NCBI RefSeq assembly: GCF_018350175.1
Contig: NC_058382.1
Span: forward strand, 48,982,001-49,046,000
DNA length: 64,000 nucleotides
Reading direction: 5' to 3'
Source of the DNA: Felis catus
Lineage: Eukaryota
Below the pieces are notes generated by a model. The model had not been told where the DNA came from. It searched no databases and was given only the letters and a program-made list of their open reading frames with translations. Of the stretch, positions 1 through 11,600 are shown one piece after another; position 1 is the first letter of the stretch; the number at the start of each line of letters is the position of its first letter. A program made the position numbers and the translations under genes.

Positions 1-626
1 GCGGGTTCCCTTGGTTTTTGACAAGAATCTAGCACTCTCCCCCTCACTCCGTCTTCTCCCCTCAAGCAGGGACCTTCGTAAGCACTGGAGGCAGTATGTT
101 ATGTGGTTGTTCTTGTTTATTTGTTCTCCAGTTCCGTTCGAGGTGTGGACTCTTCAGGGAGAAGGGCACTGGTGGAAAATCGGGAGCCTGCGGAGCCTGT
201 ACCACTGCGGACCCGGGACGTGGCCTTGCCCCTCCCCATCTAGGCTCCCCAAGAGCACAGCCCCTCCCCTCCTCCACAGCTGTGTAACTTTCTAGAATTT
301 AGTCGTTTGTGGGACACTTGGGTTGAATTTCTGTAAGGCCAGCAGGAGGGAGACTGTGGCGTGACCACGGTCAGGAAACCGAGCCCTGACCAGCGGCCCT
401 TGGTCACAAATGGAATATCTGGTAGAAACGAATGAGAGCCTCAAGTCACCTGTAAATGGGATAAAAATGTGTATGTGGCACACAATATAGCATATTTAAA
501 TTTTTATTGATAATTGGAATGTATTAATCTTCTTAAAATTTATTAAAATGTGGATTACAATTTTAAAACAATAGAGATAATACAAAAATTTTAAAGCTCC
601 CCAAATTCTGCATTAAAAAGTGATTC

Positions 627-840
627 CTGGGTGCCTGGGTGGCTCAGTCAGTGAAACATGTGACTTTGGCTAGGGTCATGATTTCACGGTTCATGACTTC
701 GAGCCCTGCATTGGGCTCTGGACTGTCAGCGCAGAGCCTGCTTGGGATTCTCTCCGCCCCCCGCCCCCTCTCTCTGCCCCTCTCCCACTTACGCATTTTT
801 TCTCTCCCTCTCTCAAAATAAATAACACAAACTTAAAAAA
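627..840 (+). mobile_element. CAN-SINE
   Basis: gggtgcctgggtggctcagtc head, (CT)n, A tail. Confidence 0.9.
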
Positions 841-1104
841 AGGTTATTCCCCACCCTTGTTTTCCTTCCAAAGTAATTAATTTGTTACCTGCTGTATCAC
901 AGGATAAGTGTTACTAGTGTTAATAGCTGCTATTTATCAGGGACTCACTTTGTGTCAGAACGGTGCCTTATAACATCCCCACGTATTCACCCTGTTCGGT
1001 AGACAGCCTTAACCCTGTTTTGGGGGGCAAGAAGCAGGCTCAGAGGGATAGAACATTTGCCTGGCAATACATGCCCTAAAAGGAGAGAATCCAGACTTTA
1101 AATC

Positions 1105-1308
1105 ATTTTTTTTAATGTTTATTTTTGAGAGAGAGACAGAGCGCAAGCAGGGGAGGGGCAGAGAGAGAGGGAGACACAGAATCTAAAGCAGGCTCTGGGC
1201 TCTGAGCTGTCAGCACAGAGCCCAACGCCGGGCTTGAACCCAAGAACTGTGAGATCATGACGGGAGCCGAAGTCGGATGCTTAACCAACTGAGCCACCCA
1301 GGCGCCCC
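1105..1308 (-). mobile_element. CAN-SINE (feline type)
   Basis: Ends gagccacccaggcgcccc. Flanked by degenerate direct repeats agagaatccagact / agagagtccagatt. Confidence 0.9.
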
Positions 1309-1552
1309 AGAGAGAGTCCAGATTTTAAAACCCCAAGCCATCCCATGTTTGGAAATTGCCTAGACCAATCAATATTAACTCATCCGACCCACACACCTGA
1401 GGCCTTTCCACCAGGAGCTGGGCAGACAAGCTCCCTGGGAGAGAATGAGGGAGAGCGTTTTTATATCCATACGGCCATCAGACAATGCTGGTAAAAATAA
1501 CAGCAGCAGGTGCCAGGCTAAGTCGGCTAAGTTCTTGCCATGGATCATTTTA

Positions 1553-2991
1553 TTTATTAATTTATTTATTTTTAGATTTTTTTTTTTAGTTTATTATTTT
1601 TTTTATTTTTTTAAATTACATTCAAGTTAGTTAGCCTATAGTGCAACAATGATTTCAGGAGTAGGTTCCTTAGTGCCCCTTCCCCATTTAGCCCATCCCC
1701 CCTCCCACAACCCCTCCAGCCACCCTCGGTTTGTTCTCCATATTTAAGAGTCTCTTCTGTTTTGTCCCCTCTCTCTGTTTTTATGTTATTTTTGCTTCCC
1801 TTCCCTTACGTTCCTCTGTTTTGTATCTTAAAGTCCTCCTATGAGTGAAGTCCTATGATATTTGTCTTTCTCTGGCTGACTACTTGCACTTAGCATAATA
1901 CCCTCTAGTTCCATCCATGTGGTTGCAAACGGCAAGATTTCATTCTCTTTGATGGCCGAGTAATGCTCCATTGTACATACGTACCACATCTTCTTTATCC
2001 GTTCATCCATCGATGGACATTTGGGCTCTTTCCTTACTTTGGCTATTGTTGTTAGCGCTGCTGTGAACATTGGGGTGCGTGTGTTCCTTCGAAACGGCAC
2101 ACCTGTATCCCTTGGATAAATGCCTGGTAGTGCAATTGCTGGGTCCTAGGGTACTTCTGTTTCTGATTTTTTGAGGAAGCTCCATCCTGTTTTCCAGAGT
2201 GGCTGCACCGGCTTGCGTTCCCACCAGCAGTGCAAAAGAGATCCTCTCTCTCCGCATCCTCGCCAACATCTGTGGTTGCCTGAGTTGTTCACGTTAGCCA
2301 TTCTGACAGGGGTGAGGTGGTATCTCGTGGTGGTTTTGATTTGTATTTCCCTGATGACGCGTGACGTTGAGCATTTTTTCACGTGTCGGTTGGCCATCTG
2401 GATGTCTTCTTTGGAGAAGTGTCTATTCATGTCTTTGGCCCATTTCTTCACTGGACTATTTGTTTTGTGGGTGTTGAGTTTGATAAGTTCTTTCTAGATT
2501 TTGGATACTAACCTTTTATCTGATACGTCGTTTGCAAATACCTTCTCCCATTCTGAAGGTTGCCTTTTAGTTTTGCTGATTGTTTCCTTCACTGTGCAGA
2601 AGCTTTTTATTTTGATGAGGTCCCAGTAGTTCATTTTTGCTTTCGTTTCCCTTGCCTCTAGAGACGTGTTGAGTAAGAAGTTGCTGCGGCCAAGGTCAAA
2701 GAGGTTTTCGCCTGCTTTCTCCTCGAGGATTTTGATGGCTTCCTGTCTTACATTGAGGTCTTTCATCCATTTTGAGTTTATTTTGTGTGTGTGGTGTAAG
2801 AAAGTGGTCCAGGTTCATTCTTCTGCATGTCGCTGTCCAGTTTTCCCAGCGCCACTTGCTGAAGAGACTGTCTTTATTCCACTGAATATTCTTTCCTGCT
2901 TTGTCAAAGATTAGCTGGCCATACGTTTGGTGGTCCATTTCTGGGTTCTCTATTCTGTTCCATTGATCTGAGTGTCTGTTTTTGTGCCAGA
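1553..2991 (-). mobile_element. 5'-truncated carnivore L1 (ORF2 C-terminus + 3' UTR + poly(A))
   Basis: Frameshifted ORF2 peptides ([43 protein letters not shown]). TSD catggatcatttta (1539-1552) / cacgggtcatttta (2992-3005). Confidence 0.93.
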
Positions 2992-3175
2992 CACGGGTCA
3001 TTTTAGATTCATAACCACCCTCTGAGGCAGGTTCTACTGTTCCCAATTTGAAGAAGCTAAAACTCAGGCTCGGAGAGGTTAAAGAATTTGGTTGACTTAG
3101 AGGAGAAGTAGTGGAGGAAGGATTCCAATCCAGGCAGCACAACAGGAGGGCTTAAGCTCCTCAATTCTCTACTCT

Positions 3176-3372
3176 GGGGGCGCCTGGGTGGCTCAGTCGG
3201 TTAAGCGTCTGACTTCGGCTCAGGTCAGGATCTCGCGGCTCGTGAGTTGGAGCCCCGCGTCCAGTTTTGTGCTGACAGCGCGGAGCCTGCTTGGGACTCT
3301 CTCTCCCTCTCTCTCTGCCCCTCCCCCACTCGTGCTGTCTCTGTGTCTCTCAAAATAAATAAGCTTAAAAAA
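3176..3372 (+). mobile_element. CAN-SINE
   Basis: ggggcgcctgggtggctcagtcggttaagcg head. Confidence 0.9.
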
Positions 3373-3374
3373 GT

Positions 3375-3620
3375 CATTTCTAAAACACCAGTCATCTACT
3401 TTGTTCATGAATCTGTCGTTTGGGCAGGACTCGGGGGCGTCAGCTTATTTCCACCCCATGTGGCATCGGCGGGGGGAGTGGGGGCCCTGAAGGCCGGGGG
3501 CGAGAACCATCTGAGGGTCACCGACATGTCTATTGCTTGTGGCTGGTCGTCAGCTGAACACCTACACGTGGGCTCTGCCTGCGGCTGCTTGGCTTCCTCC
3601 CAGCACGGCAACCCAGCAAC
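3375..3620 (-). mobile_element. ERVL-MaLR (MLT1-like) LTR fragment
   Basis: Resembles recalled MLT1 antisense motifs (gaatctg..tttgggcaggactc, cacctacacgtgggctct, ttggcttcctcccagca). Confidence 0.5.
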
Positions 3621-3639
3621 ATTATCAGTCATTCGACGA

Positions 3640-4345
3640 GGCAAATTAAAACCACAATGAGCTATCACTACACCCCTACCAGAATGTCTAAGACCAAAAA
3701 GACAGACCATGCCCAGGGGTGTCAAGGATGCTCTTGTACAAACATTTTGGAAAAGGGCCGGGCGGTCTGTTAGGAAGTTAAACATCCACGTACCTGTGAC
3801 CCAGCCATGTAACTCCAAGGTAATCCCTGCGAAAGGAAAGGAGAGTGTATACAAGCGCTTACACGTGAATGTTCACAGCAGCTTTATTTGAAGGAGCCAA
3901 CAATGAGAAACACCCCAAATGTTCATCAGCAGGTGAACAGATAAGTAAATTATGGCATACAGTGAAATACAATTCAGCAATAAAAATTAATTAACTATGG
4001 GTACATGGAATAACATGGGCAGCTCTCAAAGTTACGACGCTGAGTGAAAGAAACCAGACAAAAAAGTGCATGCACAGTATTATTCAATTTACATAAAACG
4101 TTTAGAAAACGCAAACTGACCTGTGGTGCCGGGAAGCACGCCAGCGGTTGCCTGCAGGTGCTAGAAGTGGGGTAGAGGGAGGGATGACAGAGGGGCACCA
4201 GGAAACTTTTAGGGCTGGTGGATGTGTTCAACATCTTGATAGCTGTGATGGTTTCAGGGGCATACGCACGTCAAAATTTACGAAGCTGCACACTTTGAAT
4301 ATGTACAGCTTACTGTGCGTCAATTGTATCTCAGCTTAGAAAATG
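3640..4345 (+). mobile_element. Old L1M 3'-end fragment
   Basis: gcaaattaaaaccacaatgagctatcactacaccc...aatgttcacagcagctttat..., typical of the L1 ORF2 end and 3' UTR. Confidence 0.8.
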
Positions 4346-4954
4346 AATACCAACTCGGGTGGAAAAAGAAAGGGCGTGTGGGGGGAGATGCACTGTGGTG
4401 GCCATGTTGGAAAACATGACCTACCTCATTCACCAGGTGCTTCCAACATGCCGGGTACCGTGTGTGCTAAGTGCCTCGTGGCACTGGCGCTGATTCCACC
4501 GGATAACCCAACCTGAGGGAAGATGAGGAGGTGGCCAATTATTTATTGTTATGATTATCTTGGTTGCTATTACAGAACCACGAGGTCTGGGTCTCTCTGG
4601 GACGGAAGGATGTCTCAGGGCTCTGGTGAGCAGGCCATCAAGGCTTTTCTTCCCGAGCCGCAGGAGAAACTGCGGGCCACTTCTTGGGACAGTCAGGAAG
4701 CAGAGCAACGTGGAGAAACAGGTGGGGGCTTTGTGAGAGGGTGTGGGGACATGGCTGCCGAACTGAGAAGCTGGAAGGAGGCAGCAGAGGGGCCCCTCTT
4801 GGGCGGGAGAGGCCCCCCCCTTCTTCTGTTACATTAGCCCCTTTGGACAGGTAGGTGCCTGCTCTGGACCCTCTGGTGACTGCATCCAGCTTTCCTCTGG
4901 GAACCACCATGCTGTGACTCCAAGTCCCCAAAGACCTTCTCAAATTGCCCCCAT

Positions 4955-5352
4955 GCCTCAGCTTCCAGAGGGCACAGGTGACCCAGGCCCAGCCAGCGCA
5001 CTGATCACAGTGATGGGTTTTGGCAGGTGCATGGTCCAGGCTAGGTCGACCAACATCAGCCTCGGACTCTGCTTCAAGTAACAGGAAGGAGACTCTTCCT
5101 TTTCTCCGAGGTGGCTACGCTGGCCAACCTGAGCCTTGGGCCCTGGGGGACATCTTTCCACCATGTGTGGAGAGCCTGCCCGCAAACCAAACGGAAAGAA
5201 AGACGGCTACAGAGCAGAGAGAAAGAAAGGGGTGTGCCTCTGACATCACAGTTCAGGCCTGCGGACCCAGCCAGACCCGAGGCCGGGACCTCTCCGGGAC
5301 TGGTTTCAGGGCCCAGTAAACCAAATCCTCTGCTGAACTGCTTGCAAACCAA
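4955..5352 (+). mobile_element. Degenerate MLT1J/K-like LTR upstream of the leader exon
   Basis: Recalled MLT1 motifs: gtgacccaggcccagcca, ggagagcctgcc, tgacatca...ggacccagcc, ggact..ttcag, terminal ttgcaaacca. Confidence 0.45.
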
Positions 5353-5497
5353 GTGGTCCTCTGTGCTTCGCCCCAGCACTCAGATGCCCCACCCCCACCC
5401 CTCCAGGGGCTTTCCGAGAGACCCGGATATTGGGGTTGGCCCACAATTGCACCGCGCCTGTGTCTGTACCCCCCCCCCCCCCCCCCTGCACCTAGGG

Positions 5498-5596
5498 AGG
5501 AAGCCGACGTCAGGCCTCTCGTTCTGGGGCCACAGGAAGGGCCCGGTTGGAGAAGCTCTGCACGCTCCGTCCAGCCTCGGGCTGATACGGAGAGAG
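5498..5596 (+). promoter_or_regulatory. Candidate proximal promoter of the TCR-like gene
   Basis: ETS cores AGGAAG (5498-5503) and ACAGGAAG (5532-5539) and a CRE-like GACGTCA (5506-5512). GC/CpG-rich with no TATA box, directly upstream of the ATG. Confidence 0.35.
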
Positions 5597-5684
5597 ATGG
5601 CGTCGCCACCAAAGCTCCCGAGTAGAGTCCCGGCGTCCTGGCGTGGCTGGGCCCTGTGTGTCTGGCTGCTGCGCTCTGTCTCAG
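5597..5684 (+). CDS. Putative leader exon MASPPKLPSRVPASWRGWALCVWLLRSVS(G)
   Basis: gagATGG Kozak context, hydrophobic stretch WALCVWLL, and a phase-1 donor TCAG|GTGAGC that matches the phase-1 acceptor of the V exon. The join gives a V-S-G/APEV signal-peptidase-like site. Confidence 0.65.
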
Positions 5685-8600
5685 GTGAGCTTCTCCCCTC
5701 TCTCTGTCCCAGATCCTAATTAGGCCTCTCGCTCCGTTTAAAATATTGTTTTAATGTTTATTTAGTTTTTGAGAGAGAGCGAGAGAGGGGCAGAGACAGG
5801 GAGCAGGTTCCAGGCTCTGAGCTGTCCCACCACCGTGAGATCATGATCTGAGCCGAAGTCAGCCGCTCAACGATTGAGCCACCCAGGCGCCCCTCTCGCG
5901 TTTAATGGGGATGGAGGTTTGTGACTGTGGACAGATTCTGGTTTAGGAGCGTAGCGAGGACTATTGGAAGCGGAAGGCGGGAGAGCGGCTGGTGCACAGC
6001 CGGGTGGACCCCTCACTCCCACCTCCCATGAGGAACCTAGGCCTGAGTGACTGCAGGGTGCTGAGAAGGGGGGCGGGGGAGGTGCAGGGGCTGGACCTGG
6101 ACAGACAGAGGGGCTTGGGCGGGGCAGTTGAGGGCTGGGAGGGGCGGTCTCGGTACTTGGGGAAGGGGTCAGATCACCCGTGCCTTGCGTCCCGTGGAGC
6201 TGAACAGAAAGAGTAGAAACTGGTGACACTGATTAAGGAGGCACTGTATGCTAGATTTTATCTCACTGAATCCTATGACAATTCTGTGAGGTAGATTCTA
6301 CAACCCTCATTTTAGAGTGAGACTGAGGCTTAGATAAGGTGTCCACAGTCACACAGCTAGCTAGTAGATGGGGGTCTGGTGAAAGCGGTGGAGTTGGGGG
6401 GCAGGTGTGACATGGGCTGGGGCATGACATTGGGGCCAGCAGGAGCAGCGGGAGGCTGGGGGCCATCCGGGTGGCAGGAGGTGACCCAGGCTCAAGAGGT
6501 TTTGGTGGAGGGGAGGACAGCTGTGTGACAGGGTCTGCAGGACCTGGAGACTGGGACTTGTCTGCAGGCTGGGGAAGCTGGAGGATGGGGAATGCAGGGG
6601 TGGGGGGTGGATCTTCCTCACTCTAATTTGGTGGAAATGAGGCCGGAGAGAAATTGAGGAACCCTCAGGGAAGAGCTACCCCAGTGCGCTTGTCCAGGAG
6701 CCAGGAGAGAGGGTGACGGAGATCCCAGGGACTGAGACTAAGGCACCAGAAGGGCTGATGGACGGGTGGGAGGGGAGCAGAGTGGGGTCAGCCCCTGGGG
6801 TTTGAAGGCAGACCCGGCTTTGACCCAGGAGTGGTCAAGGTAAGTGCCACAGAAAGGTCAAGAGAGATGAGGGCGAGGAAATACCACTACGTCCTGGGTC
6901 TTGGTGTTCGAGCGTGATGGGAGAGACTTGTTCTTTTCAAAATGTGAAACTTTTCATTTCTGACGGTGATAGTAAAGCCTGCAAGGTAAAATTACACAGC
7001 AGTAGATTTATTAGAAGCTCTAAGACCTACCATGGTCCCGAACCCACACGCTACTGCTGTTAACGGTTTTAAATTTTCCTTCAGGTTTTGGGATATTAGC
7101 AAAAACAGATACGTACGTGTTTAAGAGAATTCCCGTTCCTCCACATCTTTGCCGAGACTTGAGAATTACCTTTTTCATTTTAGCCATTGAGGTACGCGTG
7201 CGCCTGATGTCCTCCTAGTCTTTTTTTTTTTTTTTTTAATCTCCCCATAGTCTTAATTTCTGTTTCCCTGATGAATAATGGCATTGAGCGCGTTTTCATG
7301 TTTGTTGACCTTTAGGATATCCTGTTCTGTGAAGGGCCCATTCAAATCTTCTGTTCATGTTTCTATTGGTTCATTTGACTTTTTGTTTATGATTTATGGG
7401 AGATCTTTATAAAATCTAAAAATCTAAATAGAACTCCTCTGTTGGTTATTTGTGTTGTATCTTCCAGTCCATGGATCTTTTCGCTGTTGTTAATGGTGTC
7501 TTCTGATAAACAGCCACTCCCAATTTTAATGTTGTTTACATAATAGTTTTTCCTTTATAACGGACTTTTTTTGGTGTCGTATTTAAGAAATCTTTGCCTA
7601 CTAAGATTTGTTTCCGAGGTTTATGCTGATAAAGATATTCTCGGGGTGCCTCGGTGGCTCAGTTCATTAAGCTTCTGACTTCGGCTCAGGTCACGTTCTC
7701 ACAGTTTGTGAGTTCCAGTTCCGCATCAGGCTCTCCGCTGTTAGCACGGAGCCCACTTAGGATCCTTTGTCCCCCTCTCTCTCTGCCCTTCCTCTTCTCG
7801 TTCTTTCTCTCTCTCTCTCTCAACATAAATAAATAAATAAAGATATTATCCTATGTTTTCTTCCAAGCTTTCCTGTTTTACATTCCAGATTTAGATGTGT
7901 AATCCAGCTGAAATTTTTGGTTGTAATCCAGTTAAAGTTGGAGGTTAAAGTTCACTGCTTGTGCAAAACAAACAAACTCACTGCTTGTGCATATGTGCAT
8001 ATCCAGTTGACCCAGCACAAAAGGACGTCCTTTCTCCATAGCCTTATAGCATCGCTTTGTCATAAAACTGTAGACACGTTTTGGATTCTGGCTCATGTTC
8101 CGCTGATCCCTTGTGTATTCTTGCACCAATACCACACTGTTTTCATTACATCAGCCCCTTCAAAGTTTTGGTTCTTGGGAGTGTAACTCCTCCAGCTCTG
8201 CTGTTCTTCAAGATTGCCCTAGATATTCTAGGAACTTTGCATTTGCATAAAAATTTTAGAATCAGCTTATCATTTTCCACAAAAAGACCTGCTGGGGTTT
8301 GATGGGAACTTTTAAATGTACTAAGACTTGTTTTATGGCTCAGAAGACGAGCTAAGTTTGACGCTGTGTATCACTTTAGGAAAAACTGACAACTCCATCA
8401 CAGTGAATGTTCTAATGCATGCGCGTGGTATCTGTCTCCACTTACTCACATTGTAAACATTTCTTTCAATAATGTTGTGTGGATTTCAGTGTAGAGGACT
8501 TGCATATTTTTAGGAGATTTATTTCTAGGGAGGGCACCTGGGTGGCTCTGTCGGTTAAACGTCTGACTCTTGATTTCGGCTCAGGCCATCATCTCACAGT

Positions 8601-11600
8601 TCTAGAGTTTCAGCGCCACATGGGGCTCCACGCTGACAACATGGCGCCTGCTTGCCATGGTCTCTCTCTCTCTCTCTCTCCCTCCCCGTCTGCAGCTTGT
8701 GTGCGTGCTCTCTCTCTCCAAATGAACTTAAAAAAAAAAGATTCATTTTTAGGTATCTGTTGGTTTTGATGCTATCATAAGTAGTATTTTGTTAATTTTA
8801 TTGTCTATTTATAGTTAATATAGAACTATAATTTATTTTTCTATACTTACCTTATATCCAGTGACCTTGATAAACTCATTTATTAATTCTAACAGATTAT
8901 ACATTTAAAATTTTATTATGTTTACCACTAGGTTGTCTGTAAATGCGATTTTATTTCTTCTTTAACAGTCCTTAGGTGTTTTTAGAAACAACTTCTGTGA
9001 AGTATACGTGTCACGCAATCCACTTAATTTAGATGCACTGTACAGTTTAGTTGTTTTCAACAAATGTACCAAGTTTATCGGTACATTTACCAATGTACCA
9101 ATGCAACTATAACCAGCATTGAGTCTTAGAGCACTTTTATCATCTGGATAGATCCCCCGTGTCTGTTTCCACTTATTGTATCAGCAGCACTCACACATTT
9201 TTTGACCCATCACCTTCTTATTTTCATTTACTTCTAAATACTGCTATACTTCCAGATTTACTCTTTGACCCATGGGTTATTTAGAACTAAGTTATTTTCC
9301 AAACATTTGGGAATTTTCCAAACATCTTTGTCATTGGTCTCTAATTGAATTCCACTGTGGTCAAAGAACAATGTGTGTGTGACTTGAATCCTTTTAAATG
9401 TATGAAGACTTGTTTTATGTTCAGAATATGATCTAAGTTGATAAAGGTTCCGTGGGCATTTGAAAAATAAGTGTAATTGGGGGTTGTTGGGTGGAGGGCT
9501 CTATAAGTACTGTTTTGTAAATTGGTTGATGGTATTATTCAAGGCGTCTGTATCCTCAGCGATTTTCTACCTGCTTGTTCTATCAAATATTAAAAGATGG
9601 GTGTTGAAATCTCTGGCCATTATTGTGGATTTGTCTGTCTTTCTGTGCAGTTCTATTACTTTTGCTTCTTTTATTTTGAAATTTCATTATGTGTGTAAGT
9701 GTTTAAGATTGTTATATTCTCTTAATGAATTGAACTCTTTAACATTATGAAATAAAACTTTTTACTGTTAGTATTCTTTGCCCTGAAATCAACTTTATCT
9801 GATTTTGATACTACCCTTTCTGTTAAAAAAAAATAGTAGCATAGTATGACATTTCCATCCTTTTTCTTTTAAATTATTTTTGTCCTTATGTGGGTTTGTT
9901 GTGGATGGAATATCCACAGGATTCCTGTCCAATCAGACTTTCAGTTGAGGTGTTTAGACCACTTACATTTAATATGGTTATTGAAATGGCTGGGTTTATG
10001 TCTTTCTGTTGGAATGACCCTTTTACATCGTTAAGTGTACATCTTCATCTCTTCGTACTATTTTTTGCCTTGAAGCCTATTTGATCTGATGTTAGCATAG
10101 GTGTATCAGTGATAATAATACTTTTACTTGCAGTGTTTTCAAGTCCTAATATTTAGGGTGTGATCTTTGTTAGGTTATAGTTGTTAGATTTTGATCCATT
10201 CTGTCTGTCCTAGTCTTTCAATTGTAGAATTTAGTCCCCTTATATTTAGCATATTTACTAATATATTTGGGTTTATACCTACTATAGTCCTTGTTTCTCA
10301 TTCCCTTTTCTCTTATTTGTTGTCCTTTTTTGCATTCTTTTTTTTTTTTTTTTCAATTTATTTTTGGGAGAGAGAGGGAGACAGAGTATCCCAAGTAGGC
10401 TCCACACTGTGAGTGCAGAGTCCGACGCAGGGCTCAGACTCACTGTGAGATCATGACCTGAGATGAAATCAAGAGTCAGATGTTCAACTAATTGAGCCAC
10501 CCAGGTGCTCCTGGATTCTTTTAAAAAATATTCCCTCCTCTAAAAACTTGTTAATTATACATTCTTTTATTATTCTTTTAGTGGGTACTCCTACAGATTA
10601 AAATATGCATTTCTGACTTCATGGTCTAATATAATACTACTTTGACCACTTCTCTAATGAGGCTATAATGTTAGAGTATTTTAACTTCACTTGCCTCCTC
10701 CCAACTTCTGTGTTGTTCTTATAAGACATTTCAAGTCGACATTTCTATTGCTTTGTACAGACAATATTTATTTATATTTAACTGCATATTTACCCTTTCT
10801 ATTACTCTTCATTCCTTCATGCATTTCCCCGTTTCCATCTAGGGTCGTTTTTCTTTTGCCTGGAGATTTCCCTTTAGGATTCCTGTAGGTGACATATTAT
10901 CTCAGCTTTTATCTGGGAACATCTTTATTTTCAAGATGGTTTCATTAGGTAAGAAAAAATTCTATGTTGACAGATTTGTTTGTTTGTCTTCACGCAAGAA
11001 CTTTAAATGTCTTTTCATTGTCTTCTGGCTTCCATCATCTCTGATGAGAAGTCATCCATCAGTCTTCGTGTAACACAATACAACGATCAAAATAAAGAAG
11101 CCAAAATTACTATGATTCAATCTACAAATCTTACTCAAAATTCACCAGTTTTCTCTCCAATATTCTTTAGAGTAAAATAAATATATATAGATGATCTCTA
11201 TATATATATGGACCATATATATATATGGTCCAAGATCTGATCCATGATCACACACTGCATTTAGTTATCATGTCTCTTTATTATCCTTTAGTCTGGAACA
11301 GTTCCTTAGTTTTCACCTTTCATGATGGAGTACAGACCAGTTATTCTGTAGAATATACGTCAACTTGGGTTTGATGCTTCAAACCTGATGTTTCCTCATG
11401 ATTAGATTCAGGCATGCATTTATGACAGGAATACCACTGAAAGATTGTGTTCTCAGTGCCCTGTATCAGGAGGCACATGATGTCTATTTGCCCCGTTCCT
11501 GTTGATATTAATTTTGCTCATGTGGCTGGGTGCCTGGGTGGCTCATTCAGTTCCGCGTCCAGCTCTTGATTTGGGCTCAGGTTATGATCTCACTGTTCAT

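Noticed and set aside
1828..3142. Several ORFs with reverse-transcriptase-element similarity
   Set aside because: Frameshifted fragments of a 5'-truncated L1 ORF2, not a host gene or an active element.
5111..5719. 202-aa ORF
   Set aside because: It has a non-ATG start and runs through LTR-like and poly-C sequence. Only 5597-5684 looks like a real exon.
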